Of a DNA stretch of 64,000 bases, positions 1-11,868 are shown in pieces. The notes under the pieces are model-generated. The model was given only the letters and a program-made list of their open reading frames with translations, did not search any database and had not been told where the DNA came from. A program made the position numbers and the translations under genes. Source of the stretch: Octopus sinensis (lineage: Eukaryota); contig NC_042999.1 in the NCBI RefSeq assembly GCF_006345805.1, positions 38,440,001 through 38,504,000 of the forward strand, in the 5' to 3' direction. Numbering within the stretch: the first letter of the stretch is position 1; each line of letters opens with the position of its first letter.

Positions 1-2419
1 TCTGTTCATTTAGTTGTCAGTACACGATATTTTCCCTAATGTTTCACTTCGAGACGAGTTTATTACGTTCATGAATTTGCCTCTATATACATCATGACCG
101 GATATAAATGAACAGATTTCTCAAAACTAGTCCCAGTTACGAACGGTGGCGCCACTTATATGATTCAAGAACATGTTGGTCCATAAAGAATTTTATGAAA
201 CTGTTGATTATCATTCGTTTCTATCCAATTTGTAGTATATAAGAAACTACTGTCGACGAAATAGGAATTATCGATATCTGAGAATATGGAAATTTGTGTA
301 AAGGCTAGTCAATTTGGTAGCCGCTAACTTTTTATGAATATGAATATACTTTTAAATGAATGAAGAATTAGTGTAGAGTGTAGAGTGTAGAGTAAAACTA
401 ACGTATGATGGTCAAGTCAAGGTAATGTATTTAAACGGTTTGTCTAATGTATCTATGGAATCATGGCAAATGTGAAACTGAATTTTTACCTATGATCTGG
501 CTTAACTGAGTAGACTTATTTTCACGACACCTCCTTACATTTTAAAGAACCTAATATTTAATAGCAACTGCTTCTTGAATCTCATGATAAGAAGTCTAGC
601 TGGTTCAAGGGTTTTAGATTAAACACATCATTCTATCTGACTTAGAAAGTAAAATTTTAATGCATTTCCAAAGGATGAGGAAAATGTTTGAAAGCCTCGA
701 CTGTGAGCACACACAGAATTGTTATAGAAATTATCAGAGCTGAGACTGAGCACTTTTCCTCTAGATTCGTCCAATTTAGAAAGTAAGAGAAAATCAATAC
801 AATTATATACACTCATCTGATGAAGTAGATTTCACGAATCTGAAATTAGATGTATTTGTGTGATAGGAGTTAAAAGAAAATACAATGTAGCTAGTACAAT
901 TTCAATATAATCCTATATAGAAGCACTTAGAGTAGATTTATAAAAGAAATTAAGCTAAAAATGTACAGGTAATAGAGAATAAGCATTCAATAACTGAATT
1001 ACATTCTCCAAGTTTTGGTGGACTTAACATTCTTGCGCAAGCTCTTGTGGCCATTTTTCTCATCATATGATGCATTCTCCTTATCACCAAGTAAGATATA
1101 TAATACTATTTAAGAGAAGAAACAGCTCCCGTGATAATTTGTGTTCTGTCTACGCAGCATCATGTTGTATCCAATGTATCTCTCCGACCAGGTAACTGTA
1201 TTCTTGAATTCAGGAACAAAATCGTCATGAAGATAAGGTTAATATTTTCGTTCGAGTTATGTTTTATTAAAACCCTATATTTTAAAATTTATTGAAACAA
1301 TTAGCTGCATATCTTAAGTAGTAGATAAAGCTAATATAATATTTTAATATTGCTAATATTCCGAAAACAGGATCATTTAACATAAGAAAATCTTCGCCAT
1401 GGTGGTCTAAAAATATTTCGACAGGATTGCGCTATTATGACACTTAAAGGAGAGGCATGTCCAGGGCATGGGTTATATTGCAAGTGTATTGCAAAGACGA
1501 TTGGTAGGCACAATCGTTTATTTTTAGATTTGATATTAAGTTCTTTGACGTGAAGGAGAACAGCTAAGTTTGCAGGTCTCTTGTATGTTGTACTGACTGC
1601 TAAAGAGTTGAACAGTTACAATAGTATTCATATCATGTTATTCGGGCAGAGAAAAGAGACTGTCAAACGCAGCCTCTTAAGGAATTTCCTGTTTGCTCCC
1701 TGAATGAGATATTTGACGTTAGGAAAGAAAATGAAATTTACAAAATACGTCTTTAGCTACAAATCAGTAAACATGTAAATTGTAGATTTATTTATTTCTC
1801 AATCATATTATTAAATGGAAAAAGCATTAGGATAATACGTCCAAAGTTATAATATGTCATTTGTATCTTCTGGTATTTTGAGTTACTCTTATGCAATGCT
1901 AAATGTCAGAATATAAAAATAAAAAACTAGTTCTTTTTGCTGATATGTCGATTGACTTATATTGCTACGATAAGACGTCCATATGGTCCAGTCTATGCAA
2001 ATTGTTTGTACGAAATGTAACACGTCTTGCATTATTTTTATATGTACTAAATAACGAAACGAGTAAATTTTATAACTAACACGTGTAATTATATTTTTAT
2101 AAGGAAAGGAGGTATATTAATATGGGAGAGAGCAGCGGGTACATGAATTAATAGAGGTTCATGAAGATGTAGCAACTTTTCATACACTTATTAATATGCG
2201 AAATAGGCATTTTATTAGACAATATATCGTATATGACTTCAAATGCTCCAATATGTATTACGATATCAAGACCGGCTACTTTATGCTGGCATCAACTCAC
2301 TACAGGCTAATCACACAACAATTCTGAATAAGTTATATGTCACTCGAGTCAAATATTTCTGGTACAGTGCACCGCTTTGTAGCGTAACGCGAATCTCTCT
2401 CTGACTCTGTCTGTGTGTG

Positions 2420-2477
<58 letters not shown>

Positions 2478-2566
2478 TATATATATATATATAATAAATA
2501 TTAGGGAATAAATCCAAACTTACAGGGAAAAATCAGATTTAGGATTGAATCCAATTTTATAGTAAA

Positions 2567-2822
2567 ATATTATATTATATTAAATTAGAGACAAAACCAC
2601 TATTAGGCAAATCAAACAATGAAAAACTTAATCCAATACATAAGATTATTTAATTTATATTATTTAAATGTATAACAAAATTATTACAATATATGATTAT
2701 ATTTTTTTAATAATTTTGTTCTATATATAAATAATATAAATTAAATAATCTTATGTATTGGATTAAGTTTTTCATTGTTTGATTTGCCTAATAGTGGTTT
2801 TGTCTCTAATTTAATATAATAT

Positions 2823-2826
<4 letters not shown>
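2567..2826. repeat. Fold-back (inverted repeat), ~100-bp AT-rich arms, (TA)n-flanked
   Basis: 2567-2666 (..aaattagagacaaaaccactattaggcaaatc..) is the reverse complement of ~2728-2826; extra inner pairing acaaaattatt/aataattttgt. Confidence 0.85.
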
Positions 2827-2866
<40 letters not shown>

Positions 2867-2867
<1 letters not shown>

Positions 2868-3144
2868 CGGGAAGCTTTATGAATATAGACAAAAGACGAA
2901 GGCAGGTTTACGGAAATAAACAAAAGACGAAGGCAGGTGGAATACAAACAAACAATTGTATTAGTATGGCGCTCAGGAAATATAAATAAAACAAGTCTTT
3001 AACGTTTCGAGCCAACGCTCTTCAACAGAAAGATACACAGAGAAAAAACACAGAAAGAAGGAGAGAAAAACAATATGCGTGCAGAGGCTAGCGAATCAAC
3101 ATGGCGATCTGATTTCGGCCAGAAGTCAAAGAACAAACGTGAGA

Positions 3145-3147
<3 letters not shown>
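2867..3147 (-). mobile_element. Short non-coding PLE-derived element with degenerate HHR, between (TA)n tracts
   Basis: Shares the HHR-like motif and downstream cctgagcgcc-atactaatac motif with 30639-30790 and 58485-58680. Confidence 0.55.
2996..3033 (-). ncRNA. Degenerate minimal type-I hammerhead (A6U core)
   Basis: Minus strand UCUUU-CUGUUGA-A-GAGC(GUUG)GCUC-GAAA-CG-UU-AAAGA; stems I and II pair, core has U at position 6. Confidence 0.4.
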
Positions 3148-3179
<32 letters not shown>

Positions 3180-3181
<2 letters not shown>

Positions 3182-4575
3182 TAAAACAGTTTGATTCTGA
3201 GCCCATGGTACTCTGAGTTTCAAGTGCGTGGCTAATCTTCGGCCATTGACATGTGAATAAGAGATCGATAGAAAAGTGTCGATGTTTCTTACTGGATATT
3301 AGTCTGCGATTGATCGAGAGATGTCACGCGGTATTAGTGTCGGTATTTTAGCATTGTAGCGACAGCAGTTAAATAGAAAATACCGTGAAGGAAATCGACC
3401 GTGGTGAACAGAAAATATCTCGTGCCTAGTAGTAAATACCATCGGATAGTGTAAGCGTGGCTCTGTATACTACATACATCCTTTCAAGTGCATGATCCTA
3501 CAAGAGGGCGAGTGGTAGGGTCTTGGCTGTTACGGATTGGGGTTGGGTGTTTAGTGGGTGCGGTTTTACGTCTGTTGGTGCATACGATGTTGTCTAAGCA
3601 TGAGTAGCTTACCATAACATTCTGGGGGTTAAAAGGTAGTATATAGTTTCGTCTCTGTGTAAGTGTTTCATTATTAATGACAGGAAGCCCATGGCTACGT
3701 TGGTAGAAACTTCTAGGTTTAATGGGGGTTATGTCAGATTATTTTCCTTTTCCTAATACTCTTCAGGTGATGAAAGGCAGTTTGGTGTTCGTCCTCATAC
3801 GTAAGCCTCTTTGAAAATCCGCTCGTAGCCAGAGCATCATTGTAGTGGAAGGCGTCCCTGTTAGAGATCTCCATATTGGCTGAGAGTTTAGATACCAGTT
3901 TGCTAATTCCTGGAACAAGGCTTCTAATTACAGCGTAGGTGGTGGTTTGCGCTCTTGTGGATATATACTGTTTCTTCATTTGGCTTCGTGTAAGGGCAGT
4001 ATTTGCCCATATTCAGGTCTAAGTTTACGTACAAGAAATCGACCGTAGTCAGATTGGTAGTAACCGTTATGGACAGACCGAAATCTTTGGATATTTTTAT
4101 CAAGTCCTTCTTGAACCTGGCCGTGATGTAGCCATTCATATAGCCCTGCCATCGTTCATATAGAGGGCCGAGATATGCATATGGGAACGTCTATTGAGCG
4201 TATCCGAAATGTATAAGCCGACGAGGTTGGCGACTTCAACCCTGGCAAATCTCGCCTTGGTATCAAGAAAAATCAGCCTGCAAATTCACCTACTTCGATA
4301 TTGTTGACTTCTACCCTTTCGTATTTAAGCCCCTTCTCCTGTAGGCCCTAGCTGTTGCTCGGCAATTTACCAACATTAGCGATCTTGATATCAGAATCAT
4401 CATGAATGGCAGTGAGTCAATTCTGGTCCATGACGATTCCTTCTTGGTGAATTTGCAGGCTGGTTTTTCTTGATACCAAGGAGCCAGTCTATTACAGCTT
4501 CACGGGAGTTCCATTGAGGAGTCAATTCTGTAGCCCTTTTGATATCAGAGTAGATAGTATCGACAATACGATTGC
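3180..4575 (-). mobile_element. Penelope-like retroelement remnant (Penelope/Poseidon-type RT, start of GIY-YIG region, terminal repeat), with stops and frameshifts
   Basis: Manual translation: EVANLVGLYISDTL..ALYMNDG (RT catalytic motif), GLSIT..VDFL.VNLDL..PYTKPN..YIH, YNDALATSGF, RKRKII, VVYRATLT; segment 4291-4445 is inverted and reads FTYFDIVDFYP on +. Confidence 0.9.
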
Positions 4576-4615
4576 TACTAATACCTACACACGTAGATAT
4601 ATGGGCATATACACG

Positions 4616-4647
<32 letters not shown>

Positions 4648-4699
4648 CATACATACACACACACATACACACACATATTATATACCACTATATCTACCA

Positions 4700-5400
4700 C
4701 CCCTTCCTACTTCCTCCCAACCACAGGACCGATATGCTCTCCACCACACGGTTGATTTCCTGTTCACCGTCCGGTATTTTCCATCTAACTGCTGTCGCTA
4801 AAATACTAAAATACCGACATTAATGCCGCGTGACCTTTCTCAACCACTCGCAGACTAACGCCCAGTAATAAACATTCACTCTTTTCTATCGATCTCTCAC
4901 TCAGACTCCAGTGACCGAAGACTAGCCACGCGATTGAAACTACCAAAGATTCTGCATCAAACTGTTTTGATCTATTCATGTAAATCCCCAATAAATGTGT
5001 TGAGTGCCCTTCTTTCATTTGACTACTCGCTCATACAATTGCTCTAGGCTCTGTTGAGCGCCAGTCATGAACATCTAACCAACTGCTTGGAATGGAGAGA
5101 CAACCGTTTCGGTACGACCTGTGGAATATACAAATTCCTCCAAGGAGAATCTACTGGACGCGACTCACAGAGAAGTCCGAAAGTGTTATCGAAACGAATG
5201 CGCTGGAAAGATTTCTTGTAAGAGAACCATTCCATTAATACTTCTGTGGCGAAGTTTGCCTTTAAATCTTGAAAGTGCCCCCGCAACTGAAAGACATTGA
5301 GAACTTCGAGACTAACTTATGGAACGTTGTAAAGAAGGTCAGGTTCCAGCACCATTCTAACCCCTTCCTTAAATCCTTAAGTGACTACATGACCAGTATT
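4700..5400 (+). mobile_element. 5' fragment of a related Penelope element (terminal repeat plus ORF N-terminus)
   Basis: 4720-4970 is a diverged reverse-complement homolog of 3180-3440; followed by KRMRWKDFL..FAFKS..IENFETNLWNVVKKVRF, typical of PLE ORF N-termini. Confidence 0.7.
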
Positions 5401-5898
5401 AAATAATCTCCCAATCTACATATCCTCGCAGACAAAACAAAAAATATTTTTGAATCAAACTTACCCACACATTCAACTCACAAGATTATTAACAGTACCA
5501 AATTAATTTTTTTTATATTCTGACTTTATTTTCCTAATTTATGAACATTGTACTAATATTTAATGTTTGATCATGCAAAACATGGAATTACACACAATAT
5601 GGGACAATACAAGTGTGAAGGAATATACATTTTCATAGGACTTTGAACTTTGAACTCTCTCTTTTTCAGGGATGACCACACCCTCCACTCTTTTCTTATC
5701 TTTCCCATCCTACTTCCTAAAATTGACATCTTGAAAGGTCACCAGCCCTTATGACTAAATGTGTTTATTTACAAATATGTTGATAAACGTACAATGGGAA
5801 GGAAAAGAAAAATGCTTTGTAATGAAATTTAAATAATTTGACCACATCAAATTGAAAAGAAACCCCTCTATCGCTTTGTTTCTCTGTCTCTGTCTATG

Positions 5899-5907
5899 TA
5901 TCCATCC

Positions 5908-6002
<95 letters not shown>

Positions 6003-6043
6003 CATCCATCCATCCATCTATCTATCTATCTATCTATCTATCC

Positions 6044-6078
<35 letters not shown>

Positions 6079-6079
6079 C

Positions 6080-6118
<39 letters not shown>

Positions 6119-6154
6119 CATCTATCTATCTATCTACCTATATATCTATCTATC
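5899..6154. repeat. (TATC)n/(TCCA)n microsatellite
   Basis: Direct inspection. Confidence 0.98.
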
Positions 6155-7015
6155 CTTTCCCCATCCTATATTATTTTTCTTCTTTCTTGCTTATCCCGAA
6201 ACATCTCTCTCTGTCTGTTTTTTTCCTCCCTCGTTGCTATTCTTTCTGTTTATCCTTTTTCCCAAAAAACAAAAACATCTTTCTCCTCTGCTGCACATCC
6301 GATTCATATAAAGTAACAACGAAACATTCTGTTTTTAACATTTTCATTTGATTTCAGCTTGAACTAGAGGTTGAACAAAAACGCCACTAATAACTTATCC
6401 AAAATTCTGACTGACTCCTTTTTCTCAATATACATATATTGAAAATATATATGTGTACATTTATATATGTATTTATATATAGTTAGATACATTTATGCCA
6501 CCACGAAATGTATATACACACATACATTCACACAAACGCAAACACATGCACACATACGCACGCACACACACACACACTCACACACACATATAATTGAAAA
6601 GAAAGACAAATACGTACATAAAAAATATATATACATACATACACATTCACAAATAGACATATCTCTCTCTCCTCTCTCTGTATATATATATATATATATA
6701 TATACTCATATATAAACTCATATATACCCATAGATATTCATATACACCTATGGTTGTGCATCAATATACATAAGTATGTACGTGTATAAGCGAGTGAATG
6801 CGTTCGCGCGCGATACGTTATCATTTATTTGGGAAAAGATATTATGGTTGGTAAAGAGCAAGTATGGAAAAATCTTCTAAAACGAAAGAATAAAATGAAA
6901 GTGTCTACATATACATATATATATATATATATAACAATTGCAGCGTGGAATGTGTTTGTAAGCCATTTAAGAAACACACAAAAGCCGTTCGATTCGCTTC
7001 AACATTTAAGTTTAA

Positions 7016-7066
7016 TTTGTCAAAATATTTTCGTCGCTATAAAACCGCGACCTGTTCACTGACAAA
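7016..7066 (-). ncRNA. Minimal type-I hammerhead ribozyme, G3:C8 variant
   Basis: UUUGUCA-GUGAACA-G-GUCGC(GGUUUUAUA)GCGAC-GAAA-AUAU-UU-UGACAAA: 7-bp stem I, 5-bp stem II, palindromic stem-III loop. Confidence 0.7.
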
Positions 7067-7072
7067 AAATTC

Positions 7073-7116
7073 TCAGTGAACAGGTCGCGGTCTTATAGCG
7101 ACGAAACTATTTTGAC
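7073..7116 (+). ncRNA. Second copy of the G3:C8 hammerhead (stem I truncated to 3 bp)
   Basis: UCA-GUGAACA-G-GUCGC(GGUCUUAUA)GCGAC-GAAA-CUAU-UU-UGA. Confidence 0.5.
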
Positions 7117-7744
7117 AAATTAAACTTAAAAGTTGAAGTGAATCGAACGGCTTTTGTGTGTTTCTTAAATGGCTTACAAACACCTTTCACACTGCAATTG
7201 TTTTCGTTCCAGCACACGATCTCAGATCAAATCACTTGCTATGCAAGTACATCTCCGTAATATATATATATATATATATATATATGGTTCACATAACATA
7301 TATATATATGATAAAATGAACGATAATATTTTGAAAACAAAAGTAATTAATATTCAAATTAATATACATATTTATGTGTGTGTGTGTGTGAGTTTGTGAG
7401 TGTGTGTGTGTTTGTGTGTGTGTATGTCTGTGTATGAAACTGGTAAAGTAAATACAATCTACGATAAAAATTCGCATTTTTATTTTCATTAAAATGGCAG
7501 CGTCTTTCAGAGCAAAACCTTACAAAGCTTTTCTCATTCTTTATTGTTACTCACTGGCTCTCCGTACGTTGTTTTACTCTTCTTTCCTCTAAGCATGCCC
7601 GTCAGGTGAGAGAGACATTGCGTTTCACTATATGTAAGGTGTGATCAACTTCTGCAGCTTAAGTCAACTTAAATGTATTTGTATTTTATCTTGGTTATTA
7701 TAGATAATTATATATATATAAACAGTATCATTTCTACATCACTC

Positions 7745-8256
7745 AGACAGAGACATACAATGTCATTTCTTTAAAATAAAATTTAATTGCCAATATCATT
7801 TGGCTGTCCTACGAGGGACGTCGTAACTGTTTATTAACCGCAAGAAACATCGTTTCTAGCAGGCTACACAACACATCTGTGTCCTTATATTTTCGAACCG
7901 AGGAATTCAATCTCCCTGCCCAAGCACAGAACAAGATTTGTGGGGTAGTTCCAGGGTAATTGCTCTTTGCTCTTCATCAAGACAGAGTATCTGCTACGCT
8001 AGGTGGCGTTGCTGAATTCACGGTTACATCATATAGATTTCAACGTGCCACACAGCCACTGAGATATGAGTAGAAGTTGTATTATTTCTAAATATTTCAG
8101 AGAGACATACAATAACATTTCTTTAAAGTAACATTTAATTGGCAACATGATATTGTTACTGTTTATTAGCCATCTAGAAACGAAGTTTCTTGGGGGCTAA
8201 TAAACAATAACAACGTCCCTTACAGGACAGCCATATTACGTTGGCAATTAAATTTA
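7745..8256. mobile_element. Old element with ~80-bp imperfect inverted repeats (MITE-like)
   Basis: ~7778-7860 is a diverged reverse complement of ~8175-8256; 8096-8170 also repeats 7745-7830 directly. Confidence 0.45.
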
Positions 8257-8293
8257 CTTACACACACACACACACACACAAACACACACATAT

Positions 8294-8336
<43 letters not shown>

Positions 8337-8372
8337 CATGTATATTTATATATATATATACATGCATGCATG

Positions 8373-8428
<56 letters not shown>

Positions 8429-8445
8429 ATATGCATGCATGCATG

Positions 8446-8489
<44 letters not shown>

Positions 8490-8765
8490 TATATGCATGT
8501 ATATATACATATATATATATATAATAATAAGAGTAAATAATTTCTATAATGGTTTTTAAAAAAAGACCACAATTATTTACTGGTAGAATTCGGTATGTAA
8601 AATCGGCTATATATAATATATATTATATATATATAATATATATATATTATATATAGAGGCATTATACATACATGCCACACGCTAAGAGGACAATTAGTCA
8701 TTTCTACCAAAAATATTACTAATCCCACCGAATGCAATTTTTCAAAGTAAGACATTAAAAAATAT

Positions 8766-8813
8766 AGACCTGTATCACCGTGATTTCATACTTACGTATT
8801 CATCAGCAGGCCT
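8766..8813 (-). ncRNA. Canonical type-I hammerhead ribozyme (inverted copy)
   Basis: Reverse complement of 9311-9358. Confidence 0.85.
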
Positions 8814-9310
8814 GGATGTATCATACATAAACGACCCTGTCTCGCTTAAGCCGATCAGCTAAAATCACGGTGATACAGGTCTATATTTTTTAAATGTCTT
8901 ACTTTGAAAAATTGCATTCGGTGGGATTAGTAATATTTTTGGTAGAAATGGCTAATTGTCCCTCTTAGCGTGTGGCATGTATGTATAATGCCATCTGGCA
9001 TGTATGTATAATGCCCTCTATATATAAATTAATATGTTCAATAAGAAATAATTATTTTCGAAATTTTTTCTCTTATGAGGTTTTCACGCTATCTACCTGA
9101 CAATTTCTTGTTAAGTTTTCCTTATTAAGTAGTTGTCCTTAATTGCAAAATTTTTATTCAGAAAAAACTTTTCCTTTCCCGAAATGCAATTCGTAAAAGT
9201 CTGACATTTACAGGATGTAATATATGTAAACTCACCCATGTGCTTCGTTGATGTTGATCAGTTAGCTGATCGGCTTAAGCGAGACAGGGTCGTTTATGTA
9301 TGATACATCC

Positions 9311-9358
9311 AGGCCTGCTGATGAATACGTAAGTATGAAATCACGGTGATACAGGTCT
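9311..9358 (+). ncRNA. Canonical type-I hammerhead ribozyme
   Basis: AGGCCUG-CUGAUGA-AUAC(GUAA)GUAU-GAAA-UCA(CGG)UGA-UA-CAGGUCU; predicted cleavage after A9351. Confidence 0.88.
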
Positions 9359-9642
9359 ATATTTTTTAAATGTCTTACTTTGAAAAATTGCATTCGGTGG
9401 GATTAGTAATATTTTTGGTAGAAATGACTAATTGTCCCTCTTAGCGTGTGGCATGTATGTATAATGCCATCTGGCATGTATGTATAATGCCCTCTATATA
9501 TAAATTAATATGTTCAATAAGAAATAATTATTTTCGAAATTTTTTCTCTTATGAGGTTTTCACGCTATCTACCTGACAATTTCTTGTTAAGTTTTCCTTA
9601 TTAAGTAGTTGTCCTTAATTGCTATATATATTATATATATGC

Positions 9643-9707
<65 letters not shown>

Positions 9708-9750
9708 GCTTGTGTGTATTCCATAATTCATGCTTATTAATACTACTTGC

Positions 9751-9935
9751 GTGGAGGCGCGTGCTGAGTGGTTAGGGTGCAAGTATCATGATCTTAAGAC
9801 TGTGGTTTCGATTCCTGGACTGGGCGACGCGTTGTGTTCTTGACCAAAACACTTCATTTCACGTTGCTCCAGTCCACTCAGCTGGCAAAAAGGAGTAACG
9901 CTACCCATGAGCCTGGCTAGACTTGGAAAAGGGCG
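9751..9935 (+). mobile_element. Old tRNA-derived SINE
   Basis: A-box-like ..gagtggttagg and B-box ggtttcgattcc head; no tRNA 3' acceptor stem. Confidence 0.7.
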
Positions 9936-10519
9936 CATTTATTTTTATTTATTTTAATACTACTAGCACTATATTCCGAAAATATGTCTATTAACATTGG
10001 TATTGCTCAAATGTAATAATCTAAATTGTGTATATCGTATGAGCTTGTCTGAAAATGCTTGAGCAAATCACTAGCTTGCGTATTTTGATTCTCTTTAATT
10101 CAACATCGACATACCAGTTGAAACTTGTGTGATATTTTATTTCGGTATTAGGCTGAAAGGATTATCGTTAATATCCGTGTATTTATTAGCTTCTAGCCAA
10201 CTAGAGAATATCCTTACAAGTTTCTACTGTTATAAAATAGCAGCGAGATATCTTACTTTACAATTTTAAAACACGACAAAAATATTCGATATGATATTTG
10301 CTATTATTGTCATGTTAAATATTGGCTTGATGGTCTAGAATGCCTCTGAATGCATGTCTGGCGTATCATTATAAAGAACAACAATCTAGAGATGTGCCTT
10401 TTTATTGCTCTATGTGTTATATCACATAACCTATATTATAGTTTCAGTGCATCGAATACTAAAACTATTTCATTGTTATCAATTTTGAGGCAGCAATTTT
10501 TATATTGTTACCAATTTTA

Positions 10520-10632
10520 AGGTGTCGAGCTGGCAGAATCGATAAAATAAGTATCAGTTGAGCAATGGAGTCGATATAATCTACTTACCCCTCTCCCGAA
10601 ATTGCTGGCCTTGTGCCAACGTTTGAAAGCAA
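10520..10632 (+). mobile_element. Internally deleted SINE (gagctggcagaa family)
   Basis: Head ggtgtcgagctggcagaatcg fused to the tail aaattgctggccttgtgcc seen in other copies. Confidence 0.6.
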
Positions 10633-11224
10633 TGTTATTTTCAAAGTTATTGATGAAAGAATGTGGAATTTATAATGTTCAACATATTGCCTTTCCATTG
10701 AAACCTGCATCATTCGAAGTGGTTACTGTTCTGTTAAGAGCAAAATCACTGCCGTATATTTTTGAATATCCAGAGAAAAATTAACGTTTGTGACAACGTG
10801 GAAATCTTTCCGAGTGTCATTAAGTATTTCTAGTAGAACTATTATTTAGATTTCTGAAAAGTGGTTCCCCGGTTATTATTCTATGGAAAATATATAGTTT
10901 AAAGTATGTTTTTACATATTTTGATACATATAATCCTCAGTAGAACTTTGGGCCGTTTCTTTTATCAATTACTGAAAGAACACAAGCACCGTGTGATAAG
11001 ATAAATATCATTTATGTATAAAAGAACAGGACAGTTACAACATATAAGAAAATGTTTGGGAATTTAAAGTATACAAAAGTTTTCATATACATAAATGTAT
11101 CATTACTACTCTTAGAATGATTGCTGTTCCTTGTTTATAATCAAATTGTACGCTTGCTATATCAGAAATGAAATGGAAATGTGCTACCAAATGATGGTAA
11201 GGTGATATTCAATTCTGCTTCACT

Positions 11225-11468
11225 TTATGGCAAACCATATCGGAATACAGTGTACCTAAAATCATTATCCAATAAATATTCACGTTTTGTTTTGATACGT
11301 TTGCAACCACTTAAGAATTTGCTCATTTTTATTTCAAATTCCTGGCAATAACTCAAAGATTTCTGTAGTAAGAGAATAAATAAAGGTAAATTTACTACAG
11401 TGATCAAAAAATATTTTATGTACAAATGTAAAATTTCCTCAACTTCTGTGGAACGATTTGTAACAACT
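11225..11468 (-). CDS. Candidate 3' coding exon of an unidentified host gene
   Basis: Acceptor tttacatatAG, phase 2, 81 codons to TAA (VVTNRSTEVEEILHLYIKYF..YGLP*); an alternative donor AG|GTACAC at 11256 is possible. Confidence 0.45.
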
Positions 11469-11783
11469 CTATATGTAAAAGTACATAACACAAGTTTATA
11501 AATACAGATGTATTTACCATTTTCTCTCCAGTATTCGTAAGTGTACAATTACATAGTAGTTTGTGGTAATCAAATAACATACATAAGTGTATATGTGTGT
11601 GTGAGTGAGAGGGAGTTTATATCGATTATGCACATACACAAACACACACACACTCTCACATATATGTTACATATATACATATATATGTATATACACACAT
11701 ATGTATTTATAATCTACATAAAAATATATTCACACACACACATACACACATGTATATATATATATATATAAATATGCATGTAT

Positions 11784-11860
<77 letters not shown>

Positions 11861-11868
11861 AAATTATA

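Larger units (their letters stand above)
6933..7260. mobile_element. Fold-back element, ~130-bp arms (6933-7062 / 7073-7202), each with an HHR, (TA)n-flanked
   Basis: Arms are reverse complements with a few mismatches and a 10-nt spacer; the right arm extends ~60 bp further. Confidence 0.8.
8651..9622 (+). mobile_element. Non-coding PLE-type insertion: inverted arm plus partial tandem terminal repeats, HHR-bearing
   Basis: Direct repeat 8862-9146 = 9338-9622 (285 bp); inverted arm 8651-8860 complementary to ~9264-9500; (TA)n on both sides. Confidence 0.8.

Noticed and set aside
628-816. 62-codon minus-strand frame starting right after an AG
   Set aside because: Could be an exon, but there is no clear donor, no phase partner and no recognisable protein
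814-852. CUGAUGA..AGAUU/AAUCU..GAAA hammerhead-like string
   Set aside because: Three extra bases before stem II and no register giving both an NUH site and stem I; not in a PLE context
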